Of a stretch of 59,003 nucleotides of DNA, positions 40,547-52,742 are shown in pieces. Source of the DNA: Octopus bimaculoides (lineage: Eukaryota); assembly GCF_001194135.2 (NCBI RefSeq), contig NC_068986.1:4571892-4630894 (forward strand), read 5' to 3'. The translations under genes were made by a program, and so were the position numbers. Under the pieces are notes generated by a model that searched no databases, was not told where the DNA came from, and saw only the letters and a program-made list of their open reading frames with translations. Within the stretch, counting starts at the first letter, position 1; the number at the start of each line of letters is the position of its first letter.

Positions 40547-41743
40547 GTAAGATTAAAGTTCAATCCATGTTGCCTACTGGGGACGTTCTTGATCACAACA
40601 ATGGAAATACTGTATAATATACAAATTAATCTTCTATACAATATTTTAAATGTTAGGGTTGTCTGGAGGATACATAAAACTGTTGACAAAATGTCTAGTA
40701 ATTTGTGCAATAGGTTTATCAAAAGTGAGCTTCAAAAATATTATACTTAGATACAGGAAGAACATCATAAAGGAACCTTAGTTGGAGAAATAGTGATATG
40801 TATTAAGTTTCATAATATTCCATGTCGTATGAATACTTCTAGCCATTGTACATATATTCATTTTGTTTTTAACAAGCTCTTATTCTTCCTTCATACATAT
40901 GTTATACAACATCACTTTCCCCCACTTCGTTTTTCTTATTTTAATTTTTTGTACTGATATTTTTTCCTTGTTTTATTAAAATTTTTATGCTGTCAATTAC
41001 AATTTCAAAGGAAAATGATGTCGTAATGATATTAAAGTATGTATGTTAATGTATCAAAGAATTTCACATAGAAATTTGACCTTCTACTTAAAATCATTGA
41101 TATATCTAGTTTCATTAAGAAATTTTGTAACAGGTCAAATCATTATAGAAATTGATCAAATTCCTTAATAGAATTTTTATTTTCATTTTAAGAAAGTTAT
41201 TGAGATATTATGTAAATTTTTCAACTCAAAATATATGAATTGTTGAAATTTTGTAGGTGTTTTTCCTTACTTTGTTTCTTAGTTTTGAAAATATGTATAA
41301 AGTTTTTTCTTGTACACTGATTCATTGAGAGATAAAAACAATTATATCTTTAATTCATTATGAAAATAGAATTTATGAGGAAACAAAGTATTTTTACTTT
41401 TATAGATTTAATTGCAATGCAATTAATTAAGTAGTTTCTTGTTATATTTTAGTGCTTTTTCTATTTGATATGTATGATTTGTCTTTGAGGAAAGGTATTC
41501 CATTTTATAAGACAAAGTTCGAAAAAGACATCATATTCAAACATTATTGCAAAACTATTTAGATAGATTTTCATGCTTCCTTAACTGCAAAATATTTTGC
41601 TTTCTCTGGCAATATACAGTTATTAGTCTAGCGATGTATTTAGTGAAATGTATTCGTCTCTCCCTGTCTTTGGGTACATCTGATTGAATGCATCTATCTA
41701 TCTATTTATCTATCTATCGATTGATTGATTGATTGTTATCATT

Positions 41744-41785
41744 TTTACATCTGTTTTCCATGCTGGCATGGAAAACAGATGTAAA
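41744..41785. repeat. 42-bp palindrome (20-bp perfect arms, 2-nt loop)
   Basis: tttacatctgttttccatgc-tg-gcatggaaaacagatgtaaa. Confidence 0.95.
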
Positions 41786-43169
41786 GCATCTTGTTTGATG
41801 AAGTCTGTTTCCATCAAAGTAGAAAAGAGTCCATGACAGCATTATAGTAGTACTACAATCCTCAAGGTAACTTCTGTAAGGAAGATACTATTAATACAAC
41901 AAACTTTAAAGGAAAAGAAATTTGATCAATTTACACAAATTCTTAACTGTGGAATTTGTGTCAGTGCTATTTGTGCTCGATCTAAACAGAACTTCCTTCA
42001 GAACTTTACATTTCAGGAACACCAGCATCAGTAAGAAAATAACTCAAAACGATGCCCTCTGCTCTTCTCCAAAATTTCTTTAAATCGGTGCTTGATCTCC
42101 AAAGTTTACAGTAAAGAAAAGAAGGAAAAGCATCTGTTTCAATTCGATATTTTTTTCCCTCTTTTGTCTTCATTTTTAGGTTTTTACTCTTTTATAAAAA
42201 CCTTTTTATAAAAATCCTTTGCCTTTGATTTGTACCCTCTTTTATTTGCTTCACTAGATTAGGTTTCTTTCTTTCAACACTTTAAATAATATCATTACTG
42301 CTATACACCTCCCAAGATTGGTTACTATGCTTCATGAAACATTTATCAGCTTTCATCTCTATCATTTGCACTCAGCTCTTTAAGACAGTATCTTTTATGG
42401 CTTCAAACTGATCAAGCCGTGAAGAAAAATTTTTGATGCATGTCATAAATTGAAGAAAATATTTAGGCCAAAGAACCTATAATTTTGAAATACAGTTTAG
42501 AAATAATTTTTGAAGTATGGCTATAATTCTCTATCAGTGCAGAAAATTTACATTTTCCATTAAAAAAAGGGGGAAAAAATGGTCAAAAACAGAATATTTA
42601 AATATTTATCACCCCAAGTAATTTTAAGATATCTGATATTTTTTTTGGCTTTGTATTTGCTTCATTTTTAAAGTTCACGCTATTTTATTGTCTGCATATT
42701 TTTAGCTCATTTATAACAATTTGGCATCAACTTAAACACCTTATCAAGTATTTTCTTGATTATATCTTAATCAATATAAAGCTACAGACTTCTACAATAT
42801 TGTTGTTACCATTATCAGCATCAATTTAACTTATATTTTTCTATACTTTAAAAGTGGCAATATACCTATATTATGAATCTTCTTACATTTTTTTAATTTT
42901 TTTTACTGTTTAATTTTCTTGAGAACTTGCAAGATAAATTATTCAAAAACTACATCAAACTAAGCAGCACATATTCACAGTTGATACCATATACTACTGT
43001 TGAATCGCATAACATATTCATACAAGTGCACATTATTTCTCTTCCATATTTGGCCAATAAATAAGTACCTTTATTGCCATTATGTAATTCTATTGAAAAT
43101 GTTCAATGAGCTTTTTCCTCTGCTCATAACACCAGTTTCTGCCTTGAAGTGAATGACATATTGTATCAT

Positions 43170-43400
43170 ACTTGTGTATGAAGTGTGACATTGCATGGTA
43201 GTGAAACATACACACTGAATACAGAGGATGTACAAAAGTTGGAAAGAAGTAATCCTTTTCCACAAACGTAAATGATAGCATGTATGAGTGAATGACAGCT
43301 CAAATGAGCTGAGAGCGAAACTTAGTATCAGAGGAATCAGATGTCGCATGTAATGTGTAGGGAGGATGACAGTTGGGTAAAGAAGGGACCAAAGACTTTG
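43170..43400 (+). mobile_element. RTE LINE C-terminal fragment
   Basis: SVTLHGSETYTLNTEDVQKLERS...NELRAKLSIRGIRC...EDDSWVKK. Confidence 0.75.
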
Positions 43401-45168
43401 AGTGAAATTTGGTTGATGGGAACTGTGTTGAAGCCCTCCAAGGGGCCATTCCTGTTTTGGGGTAGCATACTTAATCCTTTAATTAGTTTAGTACCAACAC
43501 CTGGCTCCTAGTTGATTTTAGCCAATCGGGTTTCTAGTCTGAATAACTTTCTCCTTTCCTCTTAGTACCAGTATCAGAAGTTCTGAGAGAAGTTGTGGAT
43601 GTGTCCTTCTTCCTGATTAAACCATGTTAAAAAAAAAAGAAAAAGAAAAGTGAAATCTTTCGGCAAAGAAGGATTGAACCAATGACAATTGAATATGAAG
43701 CAGAGTTGACACTGCATAGTACGTTTAGGAGAATTGCCACTTGATTGACCACAATAGGATAATATTAGAAATAAAGGTTAGTTGTTTTCATGCTACTTGC
43801 CTATCAAACCAGTTAAGTAGTGCATACAATGTATATATATGTATGTTAGAATTTGCTTAAGCTTGTGCTTCAACCCCATCGCATAATGCACTCTGCATTA
43901 GTATAACTTGTATATAACCTTTTGTTTTATTGCATGCTATTTTACACTTTAAATTTTGTAAGATGTCTTAGATATTGTATATTAAGAAACAAATATATAT
44001 ATATATACATGTCTGTATGTTTGTGTGTGTGTGTGTGTGTGGTGGGGAGTAAGAGAAATGTTAAATTCTGAGAAGAGGAAATATTGTAGCCAAAAACTCA
44101 ACTGAATATTGAATCCATACATGCAGATAGAACAAATGCAGTTTCATTCTTCAATAATTTCTGTATTAAATTCCTGATATTTATTCAGATCTGATCAGGC
44201 AATAGGAAAACCATTGATCCAAAACTACTTGAATGCCATACAATTCTTTTATCTTTGCTTTCTTTTCCCACTTATATCAGACTTTTCCTTTCTCCGTTGC
44301 CAACTATTTTATTTTGATAGCAAATTCCTCATTCATTCAGAAGCAAATTCTGTATTGTTCTCGAATTTGAATATCATCACATTTTCTTTTTACATGATTA
44401 TGAGGAATGGTTCCATAAAGTAACTTTAACCACAATTTTAGATCATGGCATGACAAAGAAAGAAGGAAAAAAAGCAACAAAGCATGTATACTGTAATCTT
44501 CTTGTCCTTTATTTCCTTATAAAGTTAGTAGACAAAATACAAAATAAGTAGCTATCTTAATCCTTTATATGATCTTCTGTAATATCTACCATAATTTTGT
44601 TGATGAACTTCAAAGAAGCACGCTGCACACAATTTGTTCTTTCAACCATAAAAAATCAAATGTGTGCATGAGTGTGTGTGTGTGTGTGTGTAATGAACAT
44701 ACTAACAAATATGTACACAAATATATGCATTATACATATATAACAAGCATAGCATGCCTAGGTATACGTCAACAAACATGGTGTTTGCTAAGGATCATTT
44801 TTGATTCTATTTAAAAGAAAATTATGGACAAAGAATATTCTTTTGAAACACAATATTATTCTCAACACAAGCTCAGATGAACAGTTTTGTGAAACATATG
44901 CAATATGAATAGCTTCCTCATCATTTTAGCATCCACTGTTCCATGCTTACTTGAACTAGATGGAATTTGTTGAAGGAAATTTACTATTGTCTTCTTGTTG
45001 CTAATCCTCACCTGCTATCAAGCAAAGTGATATTGCCCTATGGCTGGATATGTTTCTATGGAAGACTGGAATTCAAAGGCATTGTTTGTGTGACAATGAT
45101 CATGCAATGTAACGACAAGGAGGGAGACACACCAATATACATGTATGTGTGTGTATGCATATATATGT

Positions 45169-45221
<53 letters not shown>

Positions 45222-45441
45222 CACACACAAACAAACATGGCAGGTTTCTTTCAGTTTCCATCTACCAAATCCACTTGCAAGTGTCTACAACTTTGGCCTG
45301 AAGCTCAAGAAGAAGATACTTGCCTAACATTCTGTGAAGTGGGACTGAACATGAAACCACATGGTTATGAAGTTGGCTTCTTAATCACACACAAATATAT
45401 GTCTGAATAGCTTCATATATATATCTTTCTTTCTATATTTA

Positions 45442-45612
<171 letters not shown>

Positions 45613-45949
45613 AGTGAAGTGTACAGTATTATGGCCGATCTTACCATAAGGTGCAAAACCGAATTGGTAAGATTGGCCATAATGGATGGATATATAATAC
45701 TGTACACTTTGATTAATATACCCACTCTGTTGACAAAAGACAAGTGCATATTNNNNNNNNNNTATATATATATATATATATATATATACATACACACACA
45801 CACACAAATATGTGTGAGAATGGGAGTGTATATATACACTTATAAATATGTATGTAGTATTTGTTAAAATCGCAAACCATTAATGTTATTATTGTTATTA
45901 TCATTATTATTACCTACATTATAATTTTTATTCCATTCTTTCACTAGCC

Positions 45950-46310
45950 ATCCATGCACATTTCTGTGTTCATCAGATATGTCCTGTGTTTTATTCTTGT
46001 TTTTCTGTTGTATTGAATGTGTGTTATGAAATGTGTATGTTAGTGCATACTAGTTTCCCCATTCTGTTGCTTCAGTATTTGTGTACATTTATTATGTTTT
46101 TCATATCATTCCCAAGGCACCTATTATTATGGACATAGCCCTCTGTTTCCCCTATATTCTGCATAACTCTATTTGCAGCTCTTCATAATTTCAGATTTTC
46201 CTCAGTTCTTTTAGAGATGCTTCGTTGCTGTCTGTTGAAATTGTTGCTTCCATTATGAGGTGTTTCTATAATTGGTGGCCTATAGCAATAATGAAATGGC
46301 TGAAAGAAAG
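45950..46310 (-). mobile_element. R4/Dong-clade LINE REL endonuclease fragment
   Basis: RPPII, SLKELRKI*NYEELQIELCRI*GKQRAMSIIIGALGMI, matching Dong RPDII...K..KYKDL.IEI.RMW...PIIIGALG.I. Confidence 0.75.
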
Positions 46311-46847
46311 TACCTCAGGAGAGTGTTCTGTACATTAAATACAGATACAGTAGGATCTCACATATGTAACATAGTGAGTTAAAAATAAACTTTATCCATT
46401 AAGATTATCATAGCAATTAGTGGACAAAAAACTCCCTTCAAAAACAACAAGCAAGGGGAGGGGATCATATCACTAAAATCAGTTTAACAAAGTGTTTATA
46501 CAACATACATGAGTGGATTTATCTTTCAAACCAACTGGTGAAAGAATTGAACATGTTTCTATATTATTAGACTTCCTCGGTAAAGTATACTCTATTTAGT
46601 TGGAAAGATTCAAAGTGATCAGTCTTATGTCCCCCAACTAAAAAGAAGTGCATACACATTTTAAAAGCTGATAACTCAGTTAATTTTCATTCTTTTTATA
46701 TTTATGCATTAGAAATAATGAAGGAAGCAAGACAAAGCTTTCAACAAGGGAAATTTATCCAAAGGTGTTATTGTAAGTTTGAAAAGGCAGTCAAAGGGTA
46801 AAAAACAGTATGGAAGGGAATTTCAAATATTCACCTACATGACTTAC

Positions 46848-46920
46848 CATCACTTGAATTAGAGCAGAGCTTGAAGCAGAGAAAACTGCCTAGAATGTTT
46901 GTAAGAAATGTTCCAGATGG
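46848..46920 (-). CDS. Candidate exon (73 nt) with a Fluc/FEX-like motif
   Basis: Pyrimidine-rich tract plus TAG acceptor and ATG|GTAAGT donor. The only open frame is PSGTFLTNILGSFLCFKLCSNSSD. Confidence 0.15.
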
Positions 46921-47129
46921 CTACAGACATGAAGCCCCACAAAGCAAGAAACATATTGCCAAAGTTCAGGAAAATCTTTACAAGAATAGTCCAAGCTTTC
47001 ACTGAAGATGATTGAGGTCTGCTTTTTCAAATAGTACTTAGCAAGATGTGTATAAGATGTACACTTTCCAACAAAGTTTATTTGGAGTGATGACACTGTG
47101 TGAAAATTAAATGGTTCAATGAACCACCA

Positions 47130-47335
47130 CAATTGCCACCATTTGAGGTAAATGGACCGAGAAAGTGAGGTAGACCGAGGAGATTGGGAGGGTTGGCTTG
47201 AGAAGGGAGGATGTCCAAAACGGGGCAAGATGGTGAGATGGTGTGAGGACAGTTGCTATGGCATTGAAGTAGATCTAGCCACCCCCTGTTAACAGGGACA
47301 AAAGCAGGATTTAAAACACTGGATGATGATGATGA
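47130..47335 (+). mobile_element. RTE LINE extreme 3' end with (GAT)n tail
   Basis: GRPRR-like motif, gccacccccTGTTAACAGGGACAAAAGCAGGATTTAAAACACTG, then gatgatgat. Confidence 0.65.
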
Positions 47336-47454
47336 TGCTGAATTGCACCTACTAGGGATCTGAAAACACGTTACAGAGGAACATCATGTTAATCCCAGCA
47401 GGAGTAATGGCATGGTTACTAGAAAGCTTATCATCAAAATGTTTAATTGGACAA

Positions 47455-47775
47455 TTCTTTTATGTTTTAGTCATTTGACTACAGCCATGCTGAAGCACCA
47501 TGTTGAAGGATTTTAGTCGAACGAATCAACCCCAGAACTTATTTTTTATTCCTAGTACTTATTCTATTAGTTTATTTTGCTGAACCACTAAGTTACAGGG
47601 ATGTAAACACACCAACGCCATTTGTAAAGCAGTGATGGTGGGACTAACAGACACCCACACACACATCTATCCACTGAGACTATAGTGGAAGACATTTACC
47701 CAAGGTGCTATGCAGTGATACTGAACCCCAAACCATATGGTTGGGAAACAAGCTTCTTACCACACAGCCATGCCT
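47455..47775 (-). mobile_element. Family-A SINE
   Basis: gtcatttgactacagccatgctg ... cttcttaccacacagccatgcc. Confidence 0.85.
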
Positions 47776-48089
47776 GCTGTGACTGGTCCTGTTTACTTGA
47801 ACTTGCTGTGATAATCTGTCATGCAAAATATTCAAAATGTCTTTGAGGAATTGAAGTTTTATTTCCAGCAAGCTGGAATACCTCCACTCTACCATTGTAA
47901 TATAAAGGCCTCTACCTTCTTGAAATTTTGCCAACCAGGTGGATTGGTCAAAGAGGTTCAGTAGAATACCCTCTGTATTCAAACTTCACACCACTAAACT
48001 CTCTTTTATGGGAATACTTAAAACATAAAGTCTGTAGTTCAAAAGTCAGCAACTGAACAAGAGCATGTACAAATAGAAAATAAAATGTT

Positions 48090-48293
48090 TTATCTTTTAC
48101 TTGTTTCAAGTCATTACACTGCAGCCATGCTGGAGCACCACCTTGAAGAATTCTAGTTGAACGAATTGACCCTAGTTATTGTTTTTTAAAGTACTGGTAT
48201 TTATTCTATTGATCCGTTTTGCCGAACTGCTAAATTACAAGGACATAAACACACAACACCAGTTGTTAAGCAATGGGTGGATGGGACACAAAG

Positions 48294-48332
<39 letters not shown>

Positions 48333-48333
48333 G

Positions 48334-48364
<31 letters not shown>

Positions 48365-48615
48365 GATATATNNNNNNNNNNNNNNNNNNNNNNNNNNNNN
48401 NNNNNNNNNNNNNNNNNNNNNNNNNNNNNNNNNNNNNNNNNNNNNNNNTATATATGATGGGGTTCTTTCAGTTTCCATCTACCAAATCTACTCTCAAGGT
48501 TTTGGTCAGCCTGTGGCTATTGTAAAAGACTCTTGCCCAAGGTGCCACACAGTGGGTTTGAACTTGGATCCATATGGCTGGGAAACAAACTTCTTACCAC
48601 ACAGCCACACCTGCA
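48090..48615 (-). mobile_element. Family-A SINE spanning an N gap
   Basis: tttacttgtttc..gcagccatgctggagcacc, gap 48372-48448, cttcttaccacacagcc. Confidence 0.85.
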
Positions 48616-48649
48616 CCTGCTTCTGAATGCTTGCAATTCCATTGCTTTG

Positions 48650-48819
48650 TGTCAGCAGTGCCTAGGTCAAAACAGTCGTCAGTTTGAAAACAGGTGTCTG
48701 TAAAATTCAATTATATTCTGTCTGTAGATTCTATTAAATTTTGAAAATGAAATGTATTTTAATAAACACTGACTTTAAAACCATTCAATGAGTGCATACA
48801 TTTTTTTAGGGACACCCTG
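48650..48819. mobile_element. Tc1/mariner-type terminal remnant related to 26165-26331
   Basis: Ends in gtgcatacatttttttagggacaccctg (reverse complement CAGGGTGTCCC). Confidence 0.55.
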
Positions 48820-49346
48820 CAGGTATAGGAAATGTATCTGATTATGAATATCAATAATATGACTTAGTACTTCATTTATTCTCTCTCACTCTCATTGTGT
48901 GTGTGTGTGTGTGTGTGTGTGGTGGATGCCAGCAAGAGAGAGAAGCTAAGCTGTAAGCCAGGGTGATGATGAGCATGGATTTGGCCACCTCTGCTGACCC
49001 ACCTGTGGGAGGGTGTTATGGTTCATGGTCAAAACAAAATCCCAGGGATTGTTGGATACCATCTGATGGCATCAATTCCTCCTAACCAAAGCTCCCTTCA
49101 CCTTAGTGAATGGAAAACAAGTATCTTCTTTTAGATGCTATCTATAACATGTCTATGTATCGCATATACATGTTATCAATAACATTAAATATGTATACAA
49201 ATATGTGAATACATGTGTATATGTGCATGTACATATCTGCATATATGTATTATATATTCATAATATGCAACAAAAGTATTAAAGTAACCATCTGTGTATC
49301 ATACTTAAAGTAAATACATCATTATTTATTGCTGTATTCAACCAGA

Positions 49347-49677
49347 CATAATATCTCTTATGGACACGCTGTGTTGAAAAACATTACACACACACATACA
49401 TATATATATATATACTGGAAGCAAATAAAAATCATCCTATAGCAGCAAGTGAGAATGTTCAGACACTGTTTTCCAATATCAGTGGAGAAAAATTTTGTCT
49501 AAGTATGCAGTTGACTGTGACTACATACCACTGATGATGCCTAATGAGGCAGAAAAACACATCTAGCATTCTCACTTGCTGCTATAGGATGATTTTTATT
49601 TGCTTCCAGTATATATATATATATGTATGTGTGTGTGTAATGTTTTTCAACACAGCATGTCCATAAGAGATATTATG
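49347..49677. mobile_element. Penelope-like (PLE) inverted-repeat remnant
   Basis: 111-bp arms (49347-49457 and 49567-49677) with 1 mismatch, enclosing a hammerhead-like core. The IR is directly visible; the PLE assignment is inferred. Confidence 0.65.
49526..49568 (+). ncRNA. Degenerate minimal type I hammerhead ribozyme motif
   Basis: tacca-CTGATGA-tgcct-aatg-aggca-GAAA-aacac-ATC-tagca: intact core, perfect 5-bp stem II, decayed stems I and III. Confidence 0.6.
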
Positions 49678-50119
49678 ATTGGATCTGATTGTGTTCCAGT
49701 GTCTGCTTTGGCTTGGTCCCTAATAGCTGGATATACTTCCTAACACCAAGTACTTTAATGTGTCTACTGGGCACATTTTTTCATGCCATTAACACTATTA
49801 CAGTAGCTCTGCAGCTCTCATAGCAATGAACCTCAAAGGAGAGAGTACCAGCTTTATGCTAAGGGACACAGGATTAAAAGGGAGTGCAGAGCAGGTTCTT
49901 GTAAAAGAGCTGCATGGATAATCTTTGTTTATAAACCTTTTCAACTCTCTATATAACAGGTATGTGATTCTTCCATATTGTAATAATATATAGATAGTTT
50001 GTCTTGCTATTCTTGTCCATACCTATTCAATAATATGGTCATTTTATTATTCTCTGCTGTGATTGTTTGTTCATTTGTTCATATCATCCTCTTCTGTTTT
50101 GTACCTTTTTATCAACATC

Positions 50120-50545
50120 ATCATTTAACATCTGTTTTCCATGCTGACATAGGTTGGACAGTTTGACAGGAGTTGGCAGGCCAGAGGAGCTACACTAGGC
50201 TCCAATTGTCTGTTTTGGCTTGGTTTCTATAGCTGAATGCCCTTCCTAATGCCAACCATTTTACAGAGTGTACTGGGTACTTCTCACATCACACTGCCAT
50301 GGGTGCTTTATACGTGGCACCAACACAGGCGCTTGTTACATGGAAACAGCATGGGTGCTTCTTACATAGCACTGGCACAGGTGCTTTTCATGTGGCACCA
50401 GAATGAGTGCTTCTTATGTGACACTAGCACAAGTCCTTATTATGTGGAACCAGCATGGGTGCTTTTTATGTAGTAATGGCATGGGTGCTTTTTACATAGT
50501 ATTGGCATGAATGCTTTTTAAGTGGCACCAGCACAAGTGCTTTTT
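50120..50545 (-). mobile_element. Family-C element with expanded ~27-bp internal tandem repeat
   Basis: Repeated gtggcaccagca(c/t)gggtgcttttta(c/t) variants at 50290-50545. Confidence 0.8.
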
Positions 50546-50569
50546 ACACTGTCTGAAATCCACAGCAAT

Positions 50570-50830
50570 CTCATACTTGTACATATATTCTATTTTCATT
50601 AAGACTATTCAACCAGAAGCAGTCACTAAGTGTTCCTTCACATTCGGTTACATTTTGGATTCGCCTTCAATAAATGCTTTTGGTGGTAGGCTTTGGTTTT
50701 GTGCTACCATAAAAAAAATTCCATCATTCTCAGGTTTGAGTTCTGTCAACTCTCGGCCTGTGCAGAGATTATTCTTTATCCATTTTACTTTGTTCAGAAT
50801 TGTCATGTATAGGCCATGTAGGTGTTCTAC
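50570..50830 (-). mobile_element. R4/Dong-clade LINE fragment (pre-zinc-knuckle region)
   Basis: ELKPENDGIFFMVAQNQSLPPKAF...EHLV resembles LK.ETEGFI.AAQDQ.L.TR...HLVSGC. Confidence 0.65.
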
Positions 50831-51055
50831 TTGTCAACATGTATCTTACCATGACAAATTTTAATGCCACATTCAGCTTAGCTTTGCAGGTTGTCATTTT
50901 TCTTCTTTCTGTATCTCCATTCTCCTTGTAGCTATCAATACCTTAGCCTCAGTTTTATATTTGTTGACTTCTTTGAAAAACAGAAGCATTTTTTTGTTCA
51001 TATTTTGCAGCTATTTGAATTTTCTTTCATTTATTTGTTTTTTATTATGATGATG

Positions 51056-51094
<39 letters not shown>

Positions 51095-51313
51095 TATAGA
51101 TGGGAAGCTGACAGAAGTGTTAGTATGCTGGATGAAATGCTTAGTGGTATTTCATCTGTTTTTACATTTTGAGTACAAATTCTGCTGAGGTTAACTTTGC
51201 CTTCTATCCTTTCAGGGTCAATAAATTAAGTAGCAGTCAAACATTGGGGTTTACATAATCAACTAGTCCCTTCCTCCAAAAATTTCAATCCTTGTGCCTG
51301 TAGTAGAAAACGT

Positions 51314-51320
<7 letters not shown>
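51095..51320 (+). mobile_element. Family-B SINE
   Basis: Unit follows an (AAT)n tract. Confidence 0.8.
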
Positions 51321-51361
<41 letters not shown>

Positions 51362-51364
<3 letters not shown>

Positions 51365-51395
51365 CTAGCAATGCACCCCAGCGTTGCTTGGGTGT
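51362..51395 (-). mobile_element. Helitron-like terminal remnant
   Basis: Reverse complement acccaagcaacgctgggg-tgcattg-CTAGT: short GC hairpin followed by CTAG, next to a TA tract. Confidence 0.35.
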
Positions 51396-52126
51396 TATGA
51401 CCTACAGCCACATTGTATTATTTGTTTCTTTGTTATGGGCAGAATCGGCACACAAGGAGTGTGAAGCAAACAACTCTTCTTTATAAACATGGTTTTTGGT
51501 CATTTTCTGATGAACAACACTGCAGTTTCCATCTACCAAATTCAGTCGCAAGTCTGTGGTTAGCCTAGGGCTATAGTAAAAAACACTTGCCCATGGTACC
51601 ATGCAGAAGCACTGAACATGGAGCCATGTGGTTGGGAAGCAAACTTCTCAACCACACAGTCATTCTTGCACCTAATGTGTGTGTGTGTTTACATTTGTTG
51701 TTAAATCTAGTATTGTGTCCCACTATGTCTTAAAATTAGCAGTTCATCAAGCAGATACCTATAGAATAAATGCCAGATTGAGAGACATATTGAGGTCAGT
51801 ATGATCAGTTAAGTTTTTGAAGGTGATCCCCCCCCCCCCCAATCATAGCAACAGTTGAAAGACTAAACCCAATAAAATAATGTCTAAAGATTTAACGGCT
51901 TCAAATTTAAAGTAATGAATTGCTAACCACAGTATGATGAGTTTAAAATTTTGTATTGAACTTCCACTGTATATGATAACACTATATGTACATCTTAGTC
52001 TACTTGACTTCCAACAATTAACAATTGTAATTTGAAGTTGAATGGTTATCAGTAAGAAAGATGTCCAGATTTCTTTAAAAATTATCATGTAAAATATTCT
52101 AAGTAAAAGTTTTTTTTCACCACAAC

Positions 52127-52161
<35 letters not shown>

Positions 52162-52397
52162 GTGTGTCTGTAGTAACTTGAGCTACTACAAATAGCAGTT
52201 AAATCTCTCTTAAAACACACCCTTTCATCAAAAGAAAGACTCAGATTTTCAGTATTTCAGGAAGAAAAAAGATACTATGCTACATCAGAGGCAAGTCTGG
52301 ATTAAACAAAACACAGACAAATATACGTCACATTGAAAGATTATCTACTAAATAATACAAATAAAACAGTTCTATATTTAAGAGATGAGGAATTATG

Positions 52398-52495
52398 TAC
52401 ATTATTTACATTTGACAGATATTTGTCCTCATCTTGTTTGTTGTGTTAACAACAAACCAGATGAGGACAAATATCCATCAAATGTAAATAATGTA
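52398..52495. repeat. 98-bp near-perfect palindrome
   Basis: 47-bp arms with 3 mismatches. The centre is TGTTAACA with a 2-nt bulge. Confidence 0.93.
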
Positions 52496-52587
52496 ATACA
52501 AATGAAGTTGACGGTATATCTTTGAAGTTTCATTCCCTGGTAAAACTCCGTGTATTTTAAATATTTTCTTATTATGCTCTATCTAAG

Positions 52588-52742
52588 ACACATTATTGAG
52601 GCAGAGTTACTGCCCTTAGCTAAAGACCTCAAAATTGTGTGTCCTGACCTCGTTTCTGAGGTTATTTTTGTAGTAAAAAAGAGTTGTCCAAAAAACATAC
52701 TTTATTTGGTAGCTGAAAGATTACTGAATCTTTTGATACCTT
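52588..52742 (+). CDS. Candidate internal coding exon of an unidentified gene (155 nt)
   Basis: T-rich tract plus AAG acceptor and T|GTATGT donor. Open frame HIIEAELLPLAKDLKIVCPDLVSEVIFVVKKSCPKNILYLVAERLLNLLIP; no TE motif recognised on either strand. Confidence 0.3.

Noticed and set aside
40751-40792. Cadherin-like IQEEHHKGTLVGEI
   Set aside because: Preceded by an in-frame stop and ends within 7 codons; no continuing ectodomain.
44872-44905. CAGATGA-ac..gt-GAAACATATG hammerhead-like string
   Set aside because: Core mutated, 2-bp stem II and no stem I.
46215-46309. Exon-like segment DASLLSVEIVASIMRCFYNWWP...
   Set aside because: Antisense to the Dong REL domain.
46713-46772. 60-nt exon candidate with strong splice sites
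   Set aside because: Two frames are open, I recognise no homology, and it may be LINE-derived. Not supportable.
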